A stretch of DNA of 64,000 nucleotides from Terriglobia bacterium (GCA_965206645.1 CBDBKE010000002.1:832218-896217); one strand, 5' to 3'; shown: positions 49,622 to 62,296, numbered from the stretch's first letter. Notes: generated by a model from the letters alone, not told the origin. Numbers and translations: made by a program.

Positions 49622-49897
49622 GACTGTTGTAGCCGCGACGTTGTAGCCACGCCGTTGTAGAAAGACGCCAGCGAAAGTCCGACTGTACCATTCTAGTCGG
49701 ATTGCCTGGAAACAGATGTTTTTTACACTGGCAAAGGTTTCGGGACGCATCCTGTGAAGGAGAGGCCTCGTTGGGACCACGGGCCAGACGGCAGAGCTAG
49801 ACGCCAGAGTAAGGCTACGCCACCGGGGAATGTAGGTGGTGGCCGGGCGAGTCCCCCTGCCTATCGGTCGAACAGCCAGGGGAGTCATTTACAGGTG

Positions 49898-51177
49898 TGA
49901 CCTGCCGGCTTTCTTCGGACCACCGATTACTGGAGAACAGCGCCAGTCGGCATGGTTAAGTCGCTCTCGTGTTCTTCTTGGTCAGCGTGAGCCGGCATCG
50001 CCGGCGAGCGCCCACCGTCATCCGAGCCAGCACGGAGCTGCGCTTTGAACTCGGCTGGCGTCAGATAGCCAAGGCTCGAGTGCGGTCGCACGTCGTTGTA
50101 GTGCCGTCGCCATTGCTCGATCCCCACCTTCGCGTCCACGCGGTTCCGAAACCACTGCAGGCTCAGATACTCGTCGCGGAACTTCCCGTTGAACGATTCG
50201 TCGGTCGCATTCTGCCACGGCTTCCCCGGCTCGATGAGCGCGGTTTCGATCTGCGCCTGGAGCAGCCACCGGAGAATCGCACCCGCGACAAACTCGGGGC
50301 CGTTGTCGGACCGGAGGTAACGTGGGGCTCCGTGGACGCTCACGAGCTGCGTGAGCACCTCGATAACGCGCCCGGACCGAATGCCGCCGGCCACGTCGAT
50401 CGCGAGTGACTCGCGGGTCCATTCGTCGACGACGGTGAGGCACTTGAGCGTCTGCCCATTCGCGCAGGTGTCGAACACGAAGTCGTACGCCCAGACGTGA
50501 TTGACCGCAGTGGCGGGCACCGGGCGGGGCCGGCTCAGGGCGACCCGGCGCCGCGGCCGCCGCCGAGGCACCTGCAACCCCGCCTGGCGCCAGAGGCGAT
50601 GGGTCCGGTCCGTGCTCATCGTGTGCCCTTCGCGTTTCAGGAAAATCCGAATCCGGCGATAGCCGTACCGCGGATACTGCGCCGCCAGACGACGCATCGC
50701 GGCCAGCGCCGGGGCATCCCGGTCGACCAGCCGCGACTGGTAGCCCAGCGTGGACCGTGCGACGGAGAGCAAGGCGCACGCGCGGCGACCCGACAGACCG
50801 CGTGCACGTGCATACGCGACCTGCGGCCGGCGCACGCGTGCGCCTACCATTTTTTTCGGGTGATCTCCTTGAGCACGTCGATCTCCAGATCTCGATCGGC
50901 CACCATCTTTTTCAGCCGGCCGTTCTCCTGCTCGAGCTGCCGCAGCCGCTTCACATCGGCGGGCTCCAACGTGCCGAAGTGTTTCCGCCAGGCGTAGAGC
51001 GTCTGGGCGCTGACGCCGTTCTTTTTGGCCACCTCCGGAACGGGCCGCTGATCGGCCTCGCGGAGGATCGTCACCATCTGCTCTTCGGTAAACCGGGTCT
51101 TCTTCATGGCTCCCTCGTTTCTCCGAGGGCGCCATTCTCTCAGGCTTCAGCTGGTCCGGAAATCGCCAGGCAGGTCA
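49898..51177 (-). mobile_element. Complete IS3-family element (copy of the 14224 element)
   Basis: IRs intact, TSD GGTG, near-identical sequence. Confidence 0.95.
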
Positions 51178-51563
51178 GGTGTGCAGAGTGCCAACTGGTA
51201 GTTGGCTAAGGAATTCCCAGGTGCCACAGAATAACTCCTCCCGCGAACATACCAACCATCGCCAAACTCCAATGCGTGATCTTGCTCTTCACTTCACTGC
51301 CGAGTATGGTGTATAGGGTCGCGGCAACAGCGGTTGCCGCAACTCCTACCAGCAGACTGTAATGCTCGCGGAGACACAGCGACCAAGCGTATGCCCCGCA
51401 TATCAGTAGAGCCAGCCGAATGATTGTCACCAGCGAAGCCTCAACATTGGAGTCAGGTTCCGAACAGCGCAGCCATGGCTTGAGTTGTCACTCTGCCTCT
51501 CCTGCAAAGGGCTTCACGCCGTTCTTTCCAAAACTGTTTTCTCGGGAGGATTTTCGAACTGAA

Positions 51564-52181
51564 CTAGCCTGTGGCAGCGCGGTTGGCGTCGAGGATTTCG
51601 CGCACCAGGGCAGCGAACTGCAGCACCTTGATGGGCTTGTGTACGTAGGGGCAGCCCGTGCTTTCCAGGAACTTGCGGGTCTCCGAGCCGGTGTCTCCGG
51701 TGATGAACATAATCTGGCGCTTGCTACCGAGGGCCTGCGCGTCAAAGAAGCGGAACAGCTGCTTGCCGTCCAGGCCGGGCATGTGGATGTCAGAAATCAC
51801 CAGAGAGTACTGCTGCTCCACCAGCTTTTGCAGGCCTTCCTTGCCATCGTTGCCTATTCCCAAAATGCAGTTCTCGTCTTCCAGAACCTTGCCGAGCAAA
51901 ATCGTGGTGAGGTCATCGTCGTCAATCACCAGGATCCGGTCCGGAGGATGCCCTTCAGCAGTGGACGTTCCAGAAGTATCGGATTTCACTCCGGCCTGGG
52001 CAACGGATGGCGGATTACCCTTCCAGTCCAGTAATTCCCATTCGGTCAAGCCCGCGCAATACTCGCAAGGGCGCTTAAGTGGCTTTTTCTGCTGCAAGGC
52101 CACCACTTCGTCCGCGCGAAGCTTGTGGAACATACGGGTGCCGCAGTAGGTGCACCGCATTGAAGCTTCGTAGAGAATCAT
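51564..52181 (-). CDS. Response-regulator receiver protein with N-terminal Zn-ribbon
   Basis: CTYC...CEYC, then ILVIDDD, LVISDIHMPGLDG, FITG, HKP. Confidence 0.8.
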   Translation of the reverse strand: MILYEASMRCTYCGTRMFHKLRADEVVALQQKKPLKRPCEYCAGLTEWELLDWKGNPPSVAQAGVKSDTSGTSTAEGHPPDRILVIDDDDLTTILLGKVLEDENCILGIGNDGKEGLQKLVEQQYSLVISDIHMPGLDGKQLFRFFDAQALGSKRQIMFITGDTGSETRKFLESTGCPYVHKPIKVLQFAALVREILDANRAATG

Positions 52182-52348
52182 AGCCGTACACCTAGGAATC
52201 CACGGTCAAGGTTTCAGGAAAACGCTCAATAGCTTGACCGCGACGCCTTCTTTCAGCGAGTCTTGGATCTCCTCGACCCGCACCACTTCCGCCTGCTGCG
52301 GCCGTTCGAACGATGACTTTGCGGGTTCGTAAGGGAACACGACCTCCA

Positions 52349-54006
52349 CCGGAATTTCCATTTCGAGCTTCCTCTTCACCCGAAAAGCTATGCCTCGCAC
52401 CCTGTCGTGTCAACCGCAAACAGCTCTGGCCTCTTTGAGGTGGTAGTGCGGCACATTTTGGCTGTTCTTCGGAGTCGCTGTGCGGGGTTCGCCTGCCCAG
52501 CCTGCCGCGCCGCTGACACTTATCCGGCCCGACCACTTCTGAGCACCTAAAATTACCCTCTCTCCCGGTTCGCTAGCCGTCTGGCAGCGGCAGTGCCGAG
52601 ATCGTTCGCAGCATGCTGCTGAACAGCCTCCGGCTCAAGTGCCCTTCGGCCAGCAAAAGCCAGTAATATCGCGCATGTTTCACCAGCCGTCCTCCCGTTT
52701 TCACCAACCGCTGTTGCAAGCTCGTCAGGGACCAGTTCCCGATTCTCTGTGGCAGCACCAGTCGCCGCCACAGGTTGCCGAGATTATAGGCAATGATGGT
52801 GAGCCACAGCCGGACCTCGTTCGACCGGAACCGGTGACAACTGAGCCGCGTCATCTTCACTGCTTGCTCTCCTTCTTTGATCCACTGCTCCGCTGTCCCC
52901 CGCTTGTTGTAAAACCGCATCACCGCCCGACTTGGCAGAGTCAAGTTCGTAACGATAAACCCTACTCGCGGGAACAGCTCCCCTGGATGATGCTCCACCT
53001 TGGCCACCACCCTGCGGGCTGTCTTCCAACTGGCCGCTTGGTATAGAAAGCCCTTGAACTCCACCAACGGCTTCTTGCTGGGTCTCCCCACCGGCCGAGT
53101 CAGCAACTCCTCAATGTCCCGCTGTAGGCTGTCGTTAGCCGGGATGCGGATGGCGTACTTTACCTCCCGCTCCTCCAGAGCCTCGTAAATCTCCGGCTTG
53201 GCAAAGGCCGCGTCGGCACGAAACACCACTTCCTTGCCCAGCTGCTGCTGCCGCTCGATCTCCGGCAGGAGAAGTTCTTTCCAGTCCTCGGCGCTGTGCA
53301 CGTTGCCCGGTCGCAGCTTGGCCGCCAGACAGTCACCCTCGCGATTGAACAGCAACAACGGGTGATAGCAGCTCGACTCGAAATGCCCGTTGTAGGCACT
53401 CTGCTCCTGCTGGCCGTAGACCGGAATCTCGGTCGAGTCCATGTCCAGCACCACCCGTTGCGGGGAATCCATAGCTTCCGCCCTGGCGATTAAATCCCGG
53501 TTGATCGCTGCCAAACCAGCCAGGTTCTCATCTTGCGTCAGTAGTTCTGTCTCGAACGATTGCAGCCGGGAAGTCAACGCGGCTCCTCGCTCCCAGATCT
53601 TTTCTGAACCGATCAGCCGGAACGTCGGATCTTGAGAGAGCCGTTCCGCGTCATTCATATCTTCGTAACCCGCCAAGCGGCTGTACACGGACTGGCGCAG
53701 GAGGTCAGCAAAGGGCAACCGTGTGTTCTTTCTCCGAGGATCGGCCAAGTGCTGTTTGATGAGTTCTCCGAATCCCAAATGTTCGTCTGATTCGCGCACG
53801 AGGATCAGGCCGCCGTCGGAAGTAACCCGCGACCCCTGGAAATCGACCTTCAATGCAGCATTGAAAGAGAACTGAAAGGGCTGATTTTGCCTCTCACCCA
53901 CTCGGTTTCTACCTCCGGAAGCTGTATTGACGCTGGAACCGGCATAAATATTGGCGTCGGAGGTCAGTATAAGGTTAGCTTTGGAGTTTTAAAACGGAAA
54001 TCCGGG
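52349..54006 (-). mobile_element. IS1380-family element, transposase 52573-53901
   Basis: Ends CCCGGATTTCC / CCGGAATTTCC, as in the 57229 element; TSDGGL, LDMDST, RADAAF, YNKRGTAEQWIKE. No TSD. Confidence 0.9.
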
Positions 54007-54401
54007 GGAATCTGGTTGCCGGCGAGGCAAAGAAACTGACGATCATGACCGAGCAGGAAGAAGGTTTCGGCGGTGAAGTCGTCTTCAGCATTCAGGGCTT
54101 GCCGCCCGGGGTGCAGGCGCTGCCGGGCGCCGACGTCGAACCAGACACAGAGCCCCCTTTGCCCGAGATTCACAAGGAGCGGTTCATTCCGAAAAGCAAG
54201 AAAACAACAATCTTGTTGGTGGCGGACGCCGATGCTCCAACACCAGGAATCCCAAAATTGGCTCGCATCATCGCCCACCCTGTGGTCGGAGGGGAAATAG
54301 GCGCCCCTTTGAAGGTTGGAGATGTTCCTGTCATGGTCCTCAGGCCCAGTCCAGAGTCAGCAGTTCGTGACGCTTCAACGGGGAGGCGGCAGAAAAGATG
54401 A
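54007..54401 (+). pseudogene. C-terminal remnant of the (pre-peptidase/PPC-type) gene preceding the DUF1549/1553 gene
   Basis: EEGFGGEVVFSIQGLPPGV Ig-like motif. ATGA overlap with the next gene. Cut by IS1380. Confidence 0.55.
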
Positions 54402-56950
54402 CAGTCCGAAATCGTCGGCAAAGCTGTTGGTTCGCCTTGGTCGTTGCGTCGGTGTTGGTTTCTTCAACTGCTTTGCTTGCCGAAAGCCCGCCGGCTGAGC
54501 TCCTTTCGCTGCGGCTGGCGCCCGAGAATCCCACGCTTTGGGGCGCCAACGCTTCGCAGCGATTTCTGGTCCTTGGGAAATATAATGACGGGTTGGAGCG
54601 GGACATCACCCGGGAAAGTCGTTTTTCAGTTTCGGATGCCAAAGTGGTGAAGGTTGATCAGACCGGTCGCGTCGTTGCTCTGGCCAACGGAGACTCTCTG
54701 CTGAGGGCCGAATTTGAAGGGCAATCCGCCAAAACACAGGTTCGCGTATCCGGGTCGGAAGTAAGGCGTCCATTCAGTTTTGTACGCGATATCGGCGGTA
54801 TTTTCACAAAACGAGGTTGCAACGACAGCTCTTGCCACGGCGGCGTCAAGGGCCAAGGCGGGTTTAAGCTCTCCTTGAACGCCCTCTATCCGAAAGACGA
54901 CTATCAATGGATCGTCGAAGGGGGCACCTATCACGTGCTGACGACCGACGTGGGAGCCAAGATCCCCCGGGTAGACTTGAAAGAACCGGATAAGAGCCTC
55001 CTGTTGCTCAAAGCAACCATGCAAATGCCGCACGGCGGCGGGCAGCGACTACGCCCGGGATCGGTCGATTACCAGACGATTCTTGACTGGGTGCGAAGAG
55101 GAACGCCTTACGGGGAAGAAGACCAAAAAGAGAGCGTCGCAATCGTGCGTGTGGAGGTCTATCCCACTCAGGTTGTCCTGGATGCGCAGGGGAAGCAGCA
55201 GTTGTTGGTGACTGCCCATCTGTCGAACGGACAGCGCGAAGACATCAGCGACGAAGTATTCTACGTTTCGAACAACCCGGAAGTACTCAAAGTGAGTTCC
55301 AGTGGCGAGATAGAGGCGGTCAACACCGGTGAGACCGCTGTGATGATTCGGGTGTCTGGGACTGCAGTGAGCGCCCGCGTCGGCGGGATCTCCAAGCCAA
55401 TCCCGAACTACCCGAACGTCGAGTCAAGGAACTTCATCGACAAGCTCGTCTTCGCCAAACTGCGGCGGTTCAACATCGCCCCTTCCAAGCCGTCACAGGA
55501 CTCGGAGTTTCTACGGCGGGTGAGCCTGGATCTAGCCGGGACCTTGCCACCACCGCGGCGAACCAGGCAATTTCTGGTGAGCAAGGATCCGCGAAAAAGA
55601 GACAAGCTTATCGAGACTCTCTTAAACACTCCTGAGTACGTGGATTACTGGACATTCCGATTCGCCGACTTGTTCCGGACAGCATGTTTCCAGAACGGGA
55701 TTAGGGAAAAATGGTCTGAAGCATATTGGGAATGGGTGCGACGAAACGTTAGGGTGAACAGACCCTACGACCAAGTTGCGCACGAGCGCATAGCAGCCGT
55801 CGGCTCAAGCCCTTCCGCCTGGCACTTCCTGCCCAACGCGGAGATTCGCCACCCCCAGAACAAAATGGCTGAGCAAGTTCGGGTCTTCCTGGGCCGCCGC
55901 CTCGATTGTGCGCAGTGCCACAATCATCCCTTCGAAGCGTGGAGCCAGGATCAGTTCTGGGGACTGGCAGCTTTCTTTGGACGGATGAGCGTGATCAACG
56001 GTCGGGGAGAAGAGCCGGCAACAGTCATCTACGAGGACCCGACCGGTCAGGAAGTTGATCTGTTCGAGAAGGGCAAGAGCCGTAAGGTACTTCACCCGCG
56101 AACGGGAGAGGAAGTCCATCCGGCGTTCCTCGACGGCACGGTATTGCCGGAAGAGAAGCGAGCTGATCTGAGGGTGTACCTGGCGGATTGGGCGGTTTCC
56201 CATCCCTACTTCGCCGAAGCTACTGTGAACCGGATGTGGAGCTATTTTTTCGGAAGAGGCTTCGTGAATCCGGTCGACGATTTTCGGTCTACGAATCCGT
56301 CCACGCATCCGGAGCTACTCAAGGCACTGGCGCGGGACTTTGAGCAGAGTGGCTATGATCTCAAGCATTTGATGCGGACCATTGTGAGCTCGAAGACGTA
56401 TCAGTTGAGCAGCCAACCCAATGAAACGAATCAGCACGATCGGATCAACTACTCTCACGCAATACCCCGTCTGCTCGACGCGGAACTGCTGTTTGATGCG
56501 ATTTCCTACGTCACGGACGTACCACTTATCTTCGAACAGGACAGGTTCAGAGGCGGGAGGCTGCCGACGGGCTCTCGGGCAATCCATGTGGTCATGCCCG
56601 ATCTATTCCGATCGCGGATTCTGGAAATTTACGGCCGCACTATGCGGACGATGGTCCCGGAACGACGGCCCAGGCCGAACCTGGGCCAAGCCCTGCACAG
56701 ACTCGTAGGAGCTACGTTTACGGACAAAATTTCCCAAGACGGAGGGCGCATCCACCAACTCATGGAAAGCGGTGCCTCCGACCCGGAGATTATCGAGGAG
56801 CTCTACTTGCTGAGTCTTACACGCTTTCCGACGAGTGAGGAAAAGTCGGAGTTGGTCACGATGATCTCCGAGCGCTCGTCGCGGCGACCGGCTCTCGAGA
56901 ATCTGCTGTGGGCACTGCTGAGTTCGCAAGAGTTTTCCAACAATCACTGA
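54398..56950 (+). CDS. DUF1549/DUF1553 planctomycete-type cytochrome c protein with Ig-like domains
   Basis: Signal peptide; GCNDSSCHG, FLRRVSLDLAGTLP, CAQCHNHPF, VNRMW..FFGRG.V.PVDD, THPELL. Confidence 0.88.
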   Translation: MTVRNRRQSCWFALVVASVLVSSTALLAESPPAELLSLRLAPENPTLWGANASQRFLVLGKYNDGLERDITRESRFSVSDAKVVKVDQTGRVVALANGDSLLRAEFEGQSAKTQVRVSGSEVRRPFSFVRDIGGIFTKRGCNDSSCHGGVKGQGGFKLSLNALYPKDDYQWIVEGGTYHVLTTDVGAKIPRVDLKEPDKSLLLLKATMQMPHGGGQRLRPGSVDYQTILDWVRRGTPYGEEDQKESVAIVRVEVYPTQVVLDAQGKQQLLVTAHLSNGQREDISDEVFYVSNNPEVLKVSSSGEIEAVNTGETAVMIRVSGTAVSARVGGISKPIPNYPNVESRNFIDKLVFAKLRRFNIAPSKPSQDSEFLRRVSLDLAGTLPPPRRTRQFLVSKDPRKRDKLIETLLNTPEYVDYWTFRFADLFRTACFQNGIREKWSEAYWEWVRRNVRVNRPYDQVAHERIAAVGSSPSAWHFLPNAEIRHPQNKMAEQVRVFLGRRLDCAQCHNHPFEAWSQDQFWGLAAFFGRMSVINGRGEEPATVIYEDPTGQEVDLFEKGKSRKVLHPRTGEEVHPAFLDGTVLPEEKRADLRVYLADWAVSHPYFAEATVNRMWSYFFGRGFVNPVDDFRSTNPSTHPELLKALARDFEQSGYDLKHLMRTIVSSKTYQLSSQPNETNQHDRINYSHAIPRLLDAELLFDAISYVTDVPLIFEQDRFRGGRLPTGSRAIHVVMPDLFRSRILEIYGRTMRTMVPERRPRPNLGQALHRLVGATFTDKISQDGGRIHQLMESGASDPEIIEELYLLSLTRFPTSEEKSELVTMISERSSRRPALENLLWALLSSQEFSNNH

Positions 56951-56980
56951 ATTCGACTTCGCCAAAGAGGACCAAAGGCC

Positions 56981-59980
56981 ATGAGGGAAATCGGGTGCCT
57001 AGATGCCAATGACCCCGTCTTAAAGCGCCGCCACTTCCTGAAAGTGGGGTCGTTAAGCCTTCTCGGCATCAGTATGAGTCAGTTTCTGCGGGTCGAAAGC
57101 CTGATGGCGGCTGTGCAAGGAAACGGCGGCGCGAAGAAAGGGAAAGCGCAGTCCTGCATCCTGCTCTGGCTGGAAGGAGGCCCCAGCCAGGTCGACACGT
57201 GGGACCCCAAACCGAACAGCTCCTTTAACCCGGATTTCCTTTTTGAAAACGCAGCGGCAACCTTCAGCTAACCTCCAACGTCAATATTGATACTGGTTGC
57301 AGCATCAATCGGAGCGTTCGGAGGCGTAAACCCAATGGGTGAGAGCGGAAAACAGGGATTTCAGCTGTCGTTCAACCGATTTCTGCGAGTCGGATTTCAG
57401 GGATCACGGGTGACTTCCAATGGTGGACTGATTCTGGTCCGGGAGTTGGATGAGCGTCTGGGATTCAGCGAACTCATTGACGAGCACCTGACCGATTCGC
57501 GGGCAAACAATGCTCGGTTTTCTTTCGCGGACTTGCTGCGGCAGTCGGTCTACAGTCGCCTAGCTGGATACGAGGATGTAAATGATGCCGAGCGGCTGTC
57601 GCAAGACCCGACCTTTCGGCTGATTGGTTCAGAGAAGACTTGGGAACGAGGCGCGGCGCTGACCTCCAGGTTGCAAACTTTCGAGACGGAGATGCTGGCG
57701 AAGGTGGAGAACTTCGTCGGGTTAGCCCGGATCAACCGGGAACTGATCGGAAAGGTCGAAGCCTTCCAGTGGCACTACCGAGCGGTGCTGGATATGGACT
57801 CAACCGAGATTCCGGTCTGCGGGGAGCAGGAACAGAGCGCCTACAACGGACACTTCGAGTCCACTTGCTATCACCCGCTGCTTTTGTTCAATCGAGACGG
57901 CGACTGTCTGGCGGCCCAGGTCCGTCCGGGCAACGTGCACAGTGCCGAGGGTTGGGAGAAACTCCTGTTACCCGAGATTGAGCGCCAGCAAAGAATGGGA
58001 AAAGAGATTGCGTTTCGGGCGGACGCGGCCTTTGCCAAGCCGGAGGTGTACGAGGCATTGGAGGAACGGGGTGTGAAGTACGCAATTCGCATCCCGGCCA
58101 ACGATATTCTGCAGCGAGACATCGAAGAGCTACTGAAACGCCCCGTGGGAAGGCCCACCAAGAAACCGCTGGTCGAGTACAAGGGGTTCTTGTACCAGGC
58201 AGCCGGTTGGAAGACGGCTCGAAGGGTGGTGGCGAAAGTAGAGCATCATTCCGGGGAGTTGTTCCCGCGAGTGGGGTTCATTGTAACGAATCTGACGCTG
58301 CCGAATCGGGCGGTGGTGCGGTTCTATAACAAGCGCGGCACCGCAGAACAGTGGATCAAGGAAGGCAAGCAGGCGGTGAAGATGACGCGGCTCAGTTGCC
58401 ACAAGTTCCGATCTAACGAGGTACGGCTTTGGCTGACGATCATCGCCTACAACCTGGGCAACCTATGGCGACGGCTAGTGCTGCCACAGAGAATCGAGAA
58501 ATGGTCCTTGACGAGCCTCCAGCAGCGGCTGGTGAAAACCGGAGGACGGCTCCTAAAACACGCACGGTACTACTGGCTCCTGCTGGCCGAGGGCCATTTG
58601 ACCCGACGGCTGTTTGCCAGCATGCTGGGGCGGATCGATGGATTGGCACTCCCGTCGGGATAGCCTGGGCTACGGCACACAAGAAAACGATGCCGCTATC
58701 CCTCAGGTATGGAGAGTTGTCTGAAAAAGCTGGGTTTGGATGCTGATTGGACGGTTTTAGGGGACCCCGAAAGGGACGCTCGGAGCCGATGGTCCTCGCG
58801 GAGAAAACATTGTACTCGCTGGGACGCAGATGCGTGTATATTTTCAATCGCCGGAAGGCCAAAAAGGAAATTCCGGTTTAAGCCCATTCTAACGAACGTG
58901 GCGGGGATTCAGATTTCGGAACTCTTGCCTCGGGTTGCCAAGCGTATGGACAAGCTAGCGATCATTCGCTCCCTGCACAGCCTCGAGAACAATCATCCGC
59001 AGGCCACTCATTACGCGGCGACCGGCCACCAAGTGAACCCCGCGATGCGGTTTCCCTGTCTGGGATCCGTGATTGCCAAAGAAATGGGCTCGCGAAACAA
59101 CATGCCGGCCTATGTCCTGCATCCTGACACGGACAACGATCACCACTTCACTGAGAATTTCTCCGCCGCCTTCATCGGTGGCGAGTACGACGCGATGATG
59201 CTGCCCGACCCCAGCCGTGCGGATTTCGAGGTGCCCGATCCGAGTCTGCCGAAATCGATCACCGCAGAGCGCATCGCGGACCGGCGATCTTTCCTCCGAG
59301 TGGTCGATCGCCTTTACCGCAACAGGGCCGAGACCGCAGAATCCGCACAGATGGACGCCTTTACCGAGCAAGCTCTGAAAATGGTTTTGGCCCCATCGGT
59401 CAAGGATGCTTTTGACCTTTCAAAAGAATCCGAGAAGACAAAGGATGCCTACCGCCGCGACAGCTTTGGTCAGAGCGTCCTGTTGGCGAGGCGGCTCGTG
59501 GAGGCAGGCACCCGTTTTGTGACGGCCGCCGGCTACAAGAATAACCAGTGGGATACGCACGGCGACAACGACAAACTTCATCGGGACGAGTTAGTCCCTA
59601 CGTTTGATGAGACTTTTTCGGCGCTGCTGGATGATCTGGAGCAGCGGGGTTTGCTGGAATCCACGGTGGTGATTGCCATGGGCGAGTTTGGGCGCACCCC
59701 AACCATCAACCCCAAGCTGGGCCGTGACCATTGGCCGCAATGCTGGTCCATCGCCCTGGCAGGCGGGGGCATTCAGGGAGGGCAGGTTGTCGGCGCAAGC
59801 GATGAACAGGGCGGCTACGTTGCGGACCGGATGGTAACGATAGGAGACGTGTTTGCCACTGTTTACAAAGCCTTTGGAATCGATTGGGAAAAGACCTACA
59901 TGACACCCGTCGGCCGGCCGATCAAAATCGCCAACTCGATCGGCGACGCAACAGGCGTTCCCATCAAAGAGTTGATATAA
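56981..59980 (+). pseudogene. DUF1501 protein split by IS1380 (56981-57228 + 58882-59980)
   Basis: RRHFLKVG Tat-like motif, WLEGGPSQVDTWDPKP | FKPI.TNV.G..ISE.LP, WDTH, GEFGRTP, GRDHWP. Confidence 0.9.
57229..58876 (+). mobile_element. Complete IS1380-family element, transposase 57335-58663
   Basis: IRs CCCGGATTTCC / GGAAATTCCGG. TSD TTTAA restores the DUF1501 reading frame. Confidence 0.95.
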
Positions 59981-60234
59981 CGACCAGGATCTTTGGCGAA
60001 ACTGCGTCAGACCTGCCCGCTTTCCGATTTTCTCCTGTTGCAAAGATGGCCGAGGAGCTTTGTATTCACCTTTGAAAGTTGGCCTACCGATTTGAGGACA
60101 GGCGCTCGCTCCTCCGGCGCCCCCGAATCAAGAGGATGATCGGGTCTGGCTGTAGCCCGACCAGCACGCCCCCAGGGCACGCAGCGTCACTTTAATAGCT
60201 GAAAGCAGATAGGTCTCGCCTTGTCGGCTAGGGT

Positions 60235-60808
<574 letters not shown>

Positions 60809-61343
60809 CTAGTTGTGAATATACACGGTCTCGCGCCGGTGGCGATTTGGCCCTTCGGGCGCCAGACGGACGGGAGCGCGCACCCCTCGGACGATGCCGC
60901 GCGCTCCAATGGGACAACGCCGCGCCTGGCTCAGCTTGCCAATCAGCAGCCAAGGCTAGGGGTCTTGGGGCATACAGCCAATCTGGCGAATCTGGGGCGA
61001 TCCTGGTAAAACATTTTCCTCATAAAATGGTTTTCTTCCAGGCCGACTTTAGCTATCCTGTTCCCAGGGCGGATTCCTGACTCCAGCGGAAAGGAGAAGG
61101 AACTTGCAGATAAAACGGCGGAGAGTTCATCGGAGCAGCGGCCCAGGCCGGCGCCGGGAACAGCGGCCCGCATCCGCATTGGGATTTCTTGACCGGCGTA
61201 GGTTCCTGGACTGGGATCGGCGCACCAGGGAGGACCTTACCCTAAAAGGCCAGGCGATCCACTCAAGTGAGTCAAGGTGAACCGGACTTGGGGTAGCGTC
61301 GCTGAGGCCACACCCGACCATTGCGCGAAGGGGGTCCAGCAAG

Positions 61344-62177
61344 ATGAGAGCAAGAACTGCTTGGTTGCTGCTGATGGCAGTATTGTTTGTGGCCTCCTGC
61401 AGCGTGTTGCGAGCCATGCGCTGGGATAAGTACGCACGCGCCGGATATGAAACATACCAGGAGGGCCAGTACGCCGAGGCCGAGCCGCTCTTCCGGCCGG
61501 CACCGGCCATCGATGAGAAAGCCCTTGGCCCGAACCACGCAGAGGTTGCAACGGACCTCAGCAACGTGGCATTGCTCTACGACGACCAGGGCCAGTACGC
61601 CGAAGCTGAGCCGCTCTTCCGGCGGGCGATGGCCATTGATGAGAAAACCCTTGGCCCGGACCACGCAGAGGTTGCAACGGACCTTAACAACTTGGCGGCG
61701 CTCTACGGCACCCAGGGCAAGTATGCCGAGGCCGAGCCGCTTCACCAGCGGGCGCTGGCCATCCGGGAGAAGGCCCTGGGACCGCAACATCCCGCCGTTG
61801 CCCAAAGCCTCAACAACTTGGCGGAACTCTACCGCACCCAGGGCAAGTATGCCGAGGCCGAGCCGCTCTTCCGGCGGGCGCTGGCCATCTGGGAGAAGGC
61901 CCTGGGACCGCAACATCCCGCCGTTGCCCAAAGCCTCAACAACTTGGCGGAACTCTACCACACCCAGGGCAAGTATGCCGAGGCCGAGCCGCTTTTGCGG
62001 CGGGTGCTGGCGATCTGGGAGAGGGCCCTGGGACCGGACCACCCCAATGTGGCCGTGACCCTAGAGAACTATGCGGTCTCGGTGCGCAAGATGAATCGGA
62101 AGACCGAGGCAGCAAAAATGGAGGCCCGCGCCAAGGCCGTCCGCGCCAAGCACGCACAAAAGAACCCGAAGAAGTGA
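61344..62177 (+). CDS. Secreted/lipoprotein TPR protein with 42-aa (126-bp) tandem repeats
   Basis: Repeated SLNNLAELY..QGKYAEAEPL..RALAI.EKALGP.HP; hydrophobic N-terminus ending VASC. Confidence 0.9.
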   Translation: MRARTAWLLLMAVLFVASCSVLRAMRWDKYARAGYETYQEGQYAEAEPLFRPAPAIDEKALGPNHAEVATDLSNVALLYDDQGQYAEAEPLFRRAMAIDEKTLGPDHAEVATDLNNLAALYGTQGKYAEAEPLHQRALAIREKALGPQHPAVAQSLNNLAELYRTQGKYAEAEPLFRRALAIWEKALGPQHPAVAQSLNNLAELYHTQGKYAEAEPLLRRVLAIWERALGPDHPNVAVTLENYAVSVRKMNRKTEAAKMEARAKAVRAKHAQKNPKK

Positions 62178-62296
62178 CCTACCTCCTTGTCCCCAACAAT
62201 CCCGGATAGGTCCCCACTAATGGGCTAGTGTTTACCAATCCTGGTTTCAGTCGGCCGTATAGTCGGCTTACCGGACAAGTGACCCTCTACGCCCGC

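Noticed and set aside
51206-51430. 74-aa hydrophobic ORF
   Set aside because: It could be a membrane-protein fragment, but it has no clear start signal or family motif.
61459-62046. Possible CRISPR array
   Set aside because: The repeats are in-frame 126-bp TPR coding units without unique spacers, and there are no cas genes in the window.
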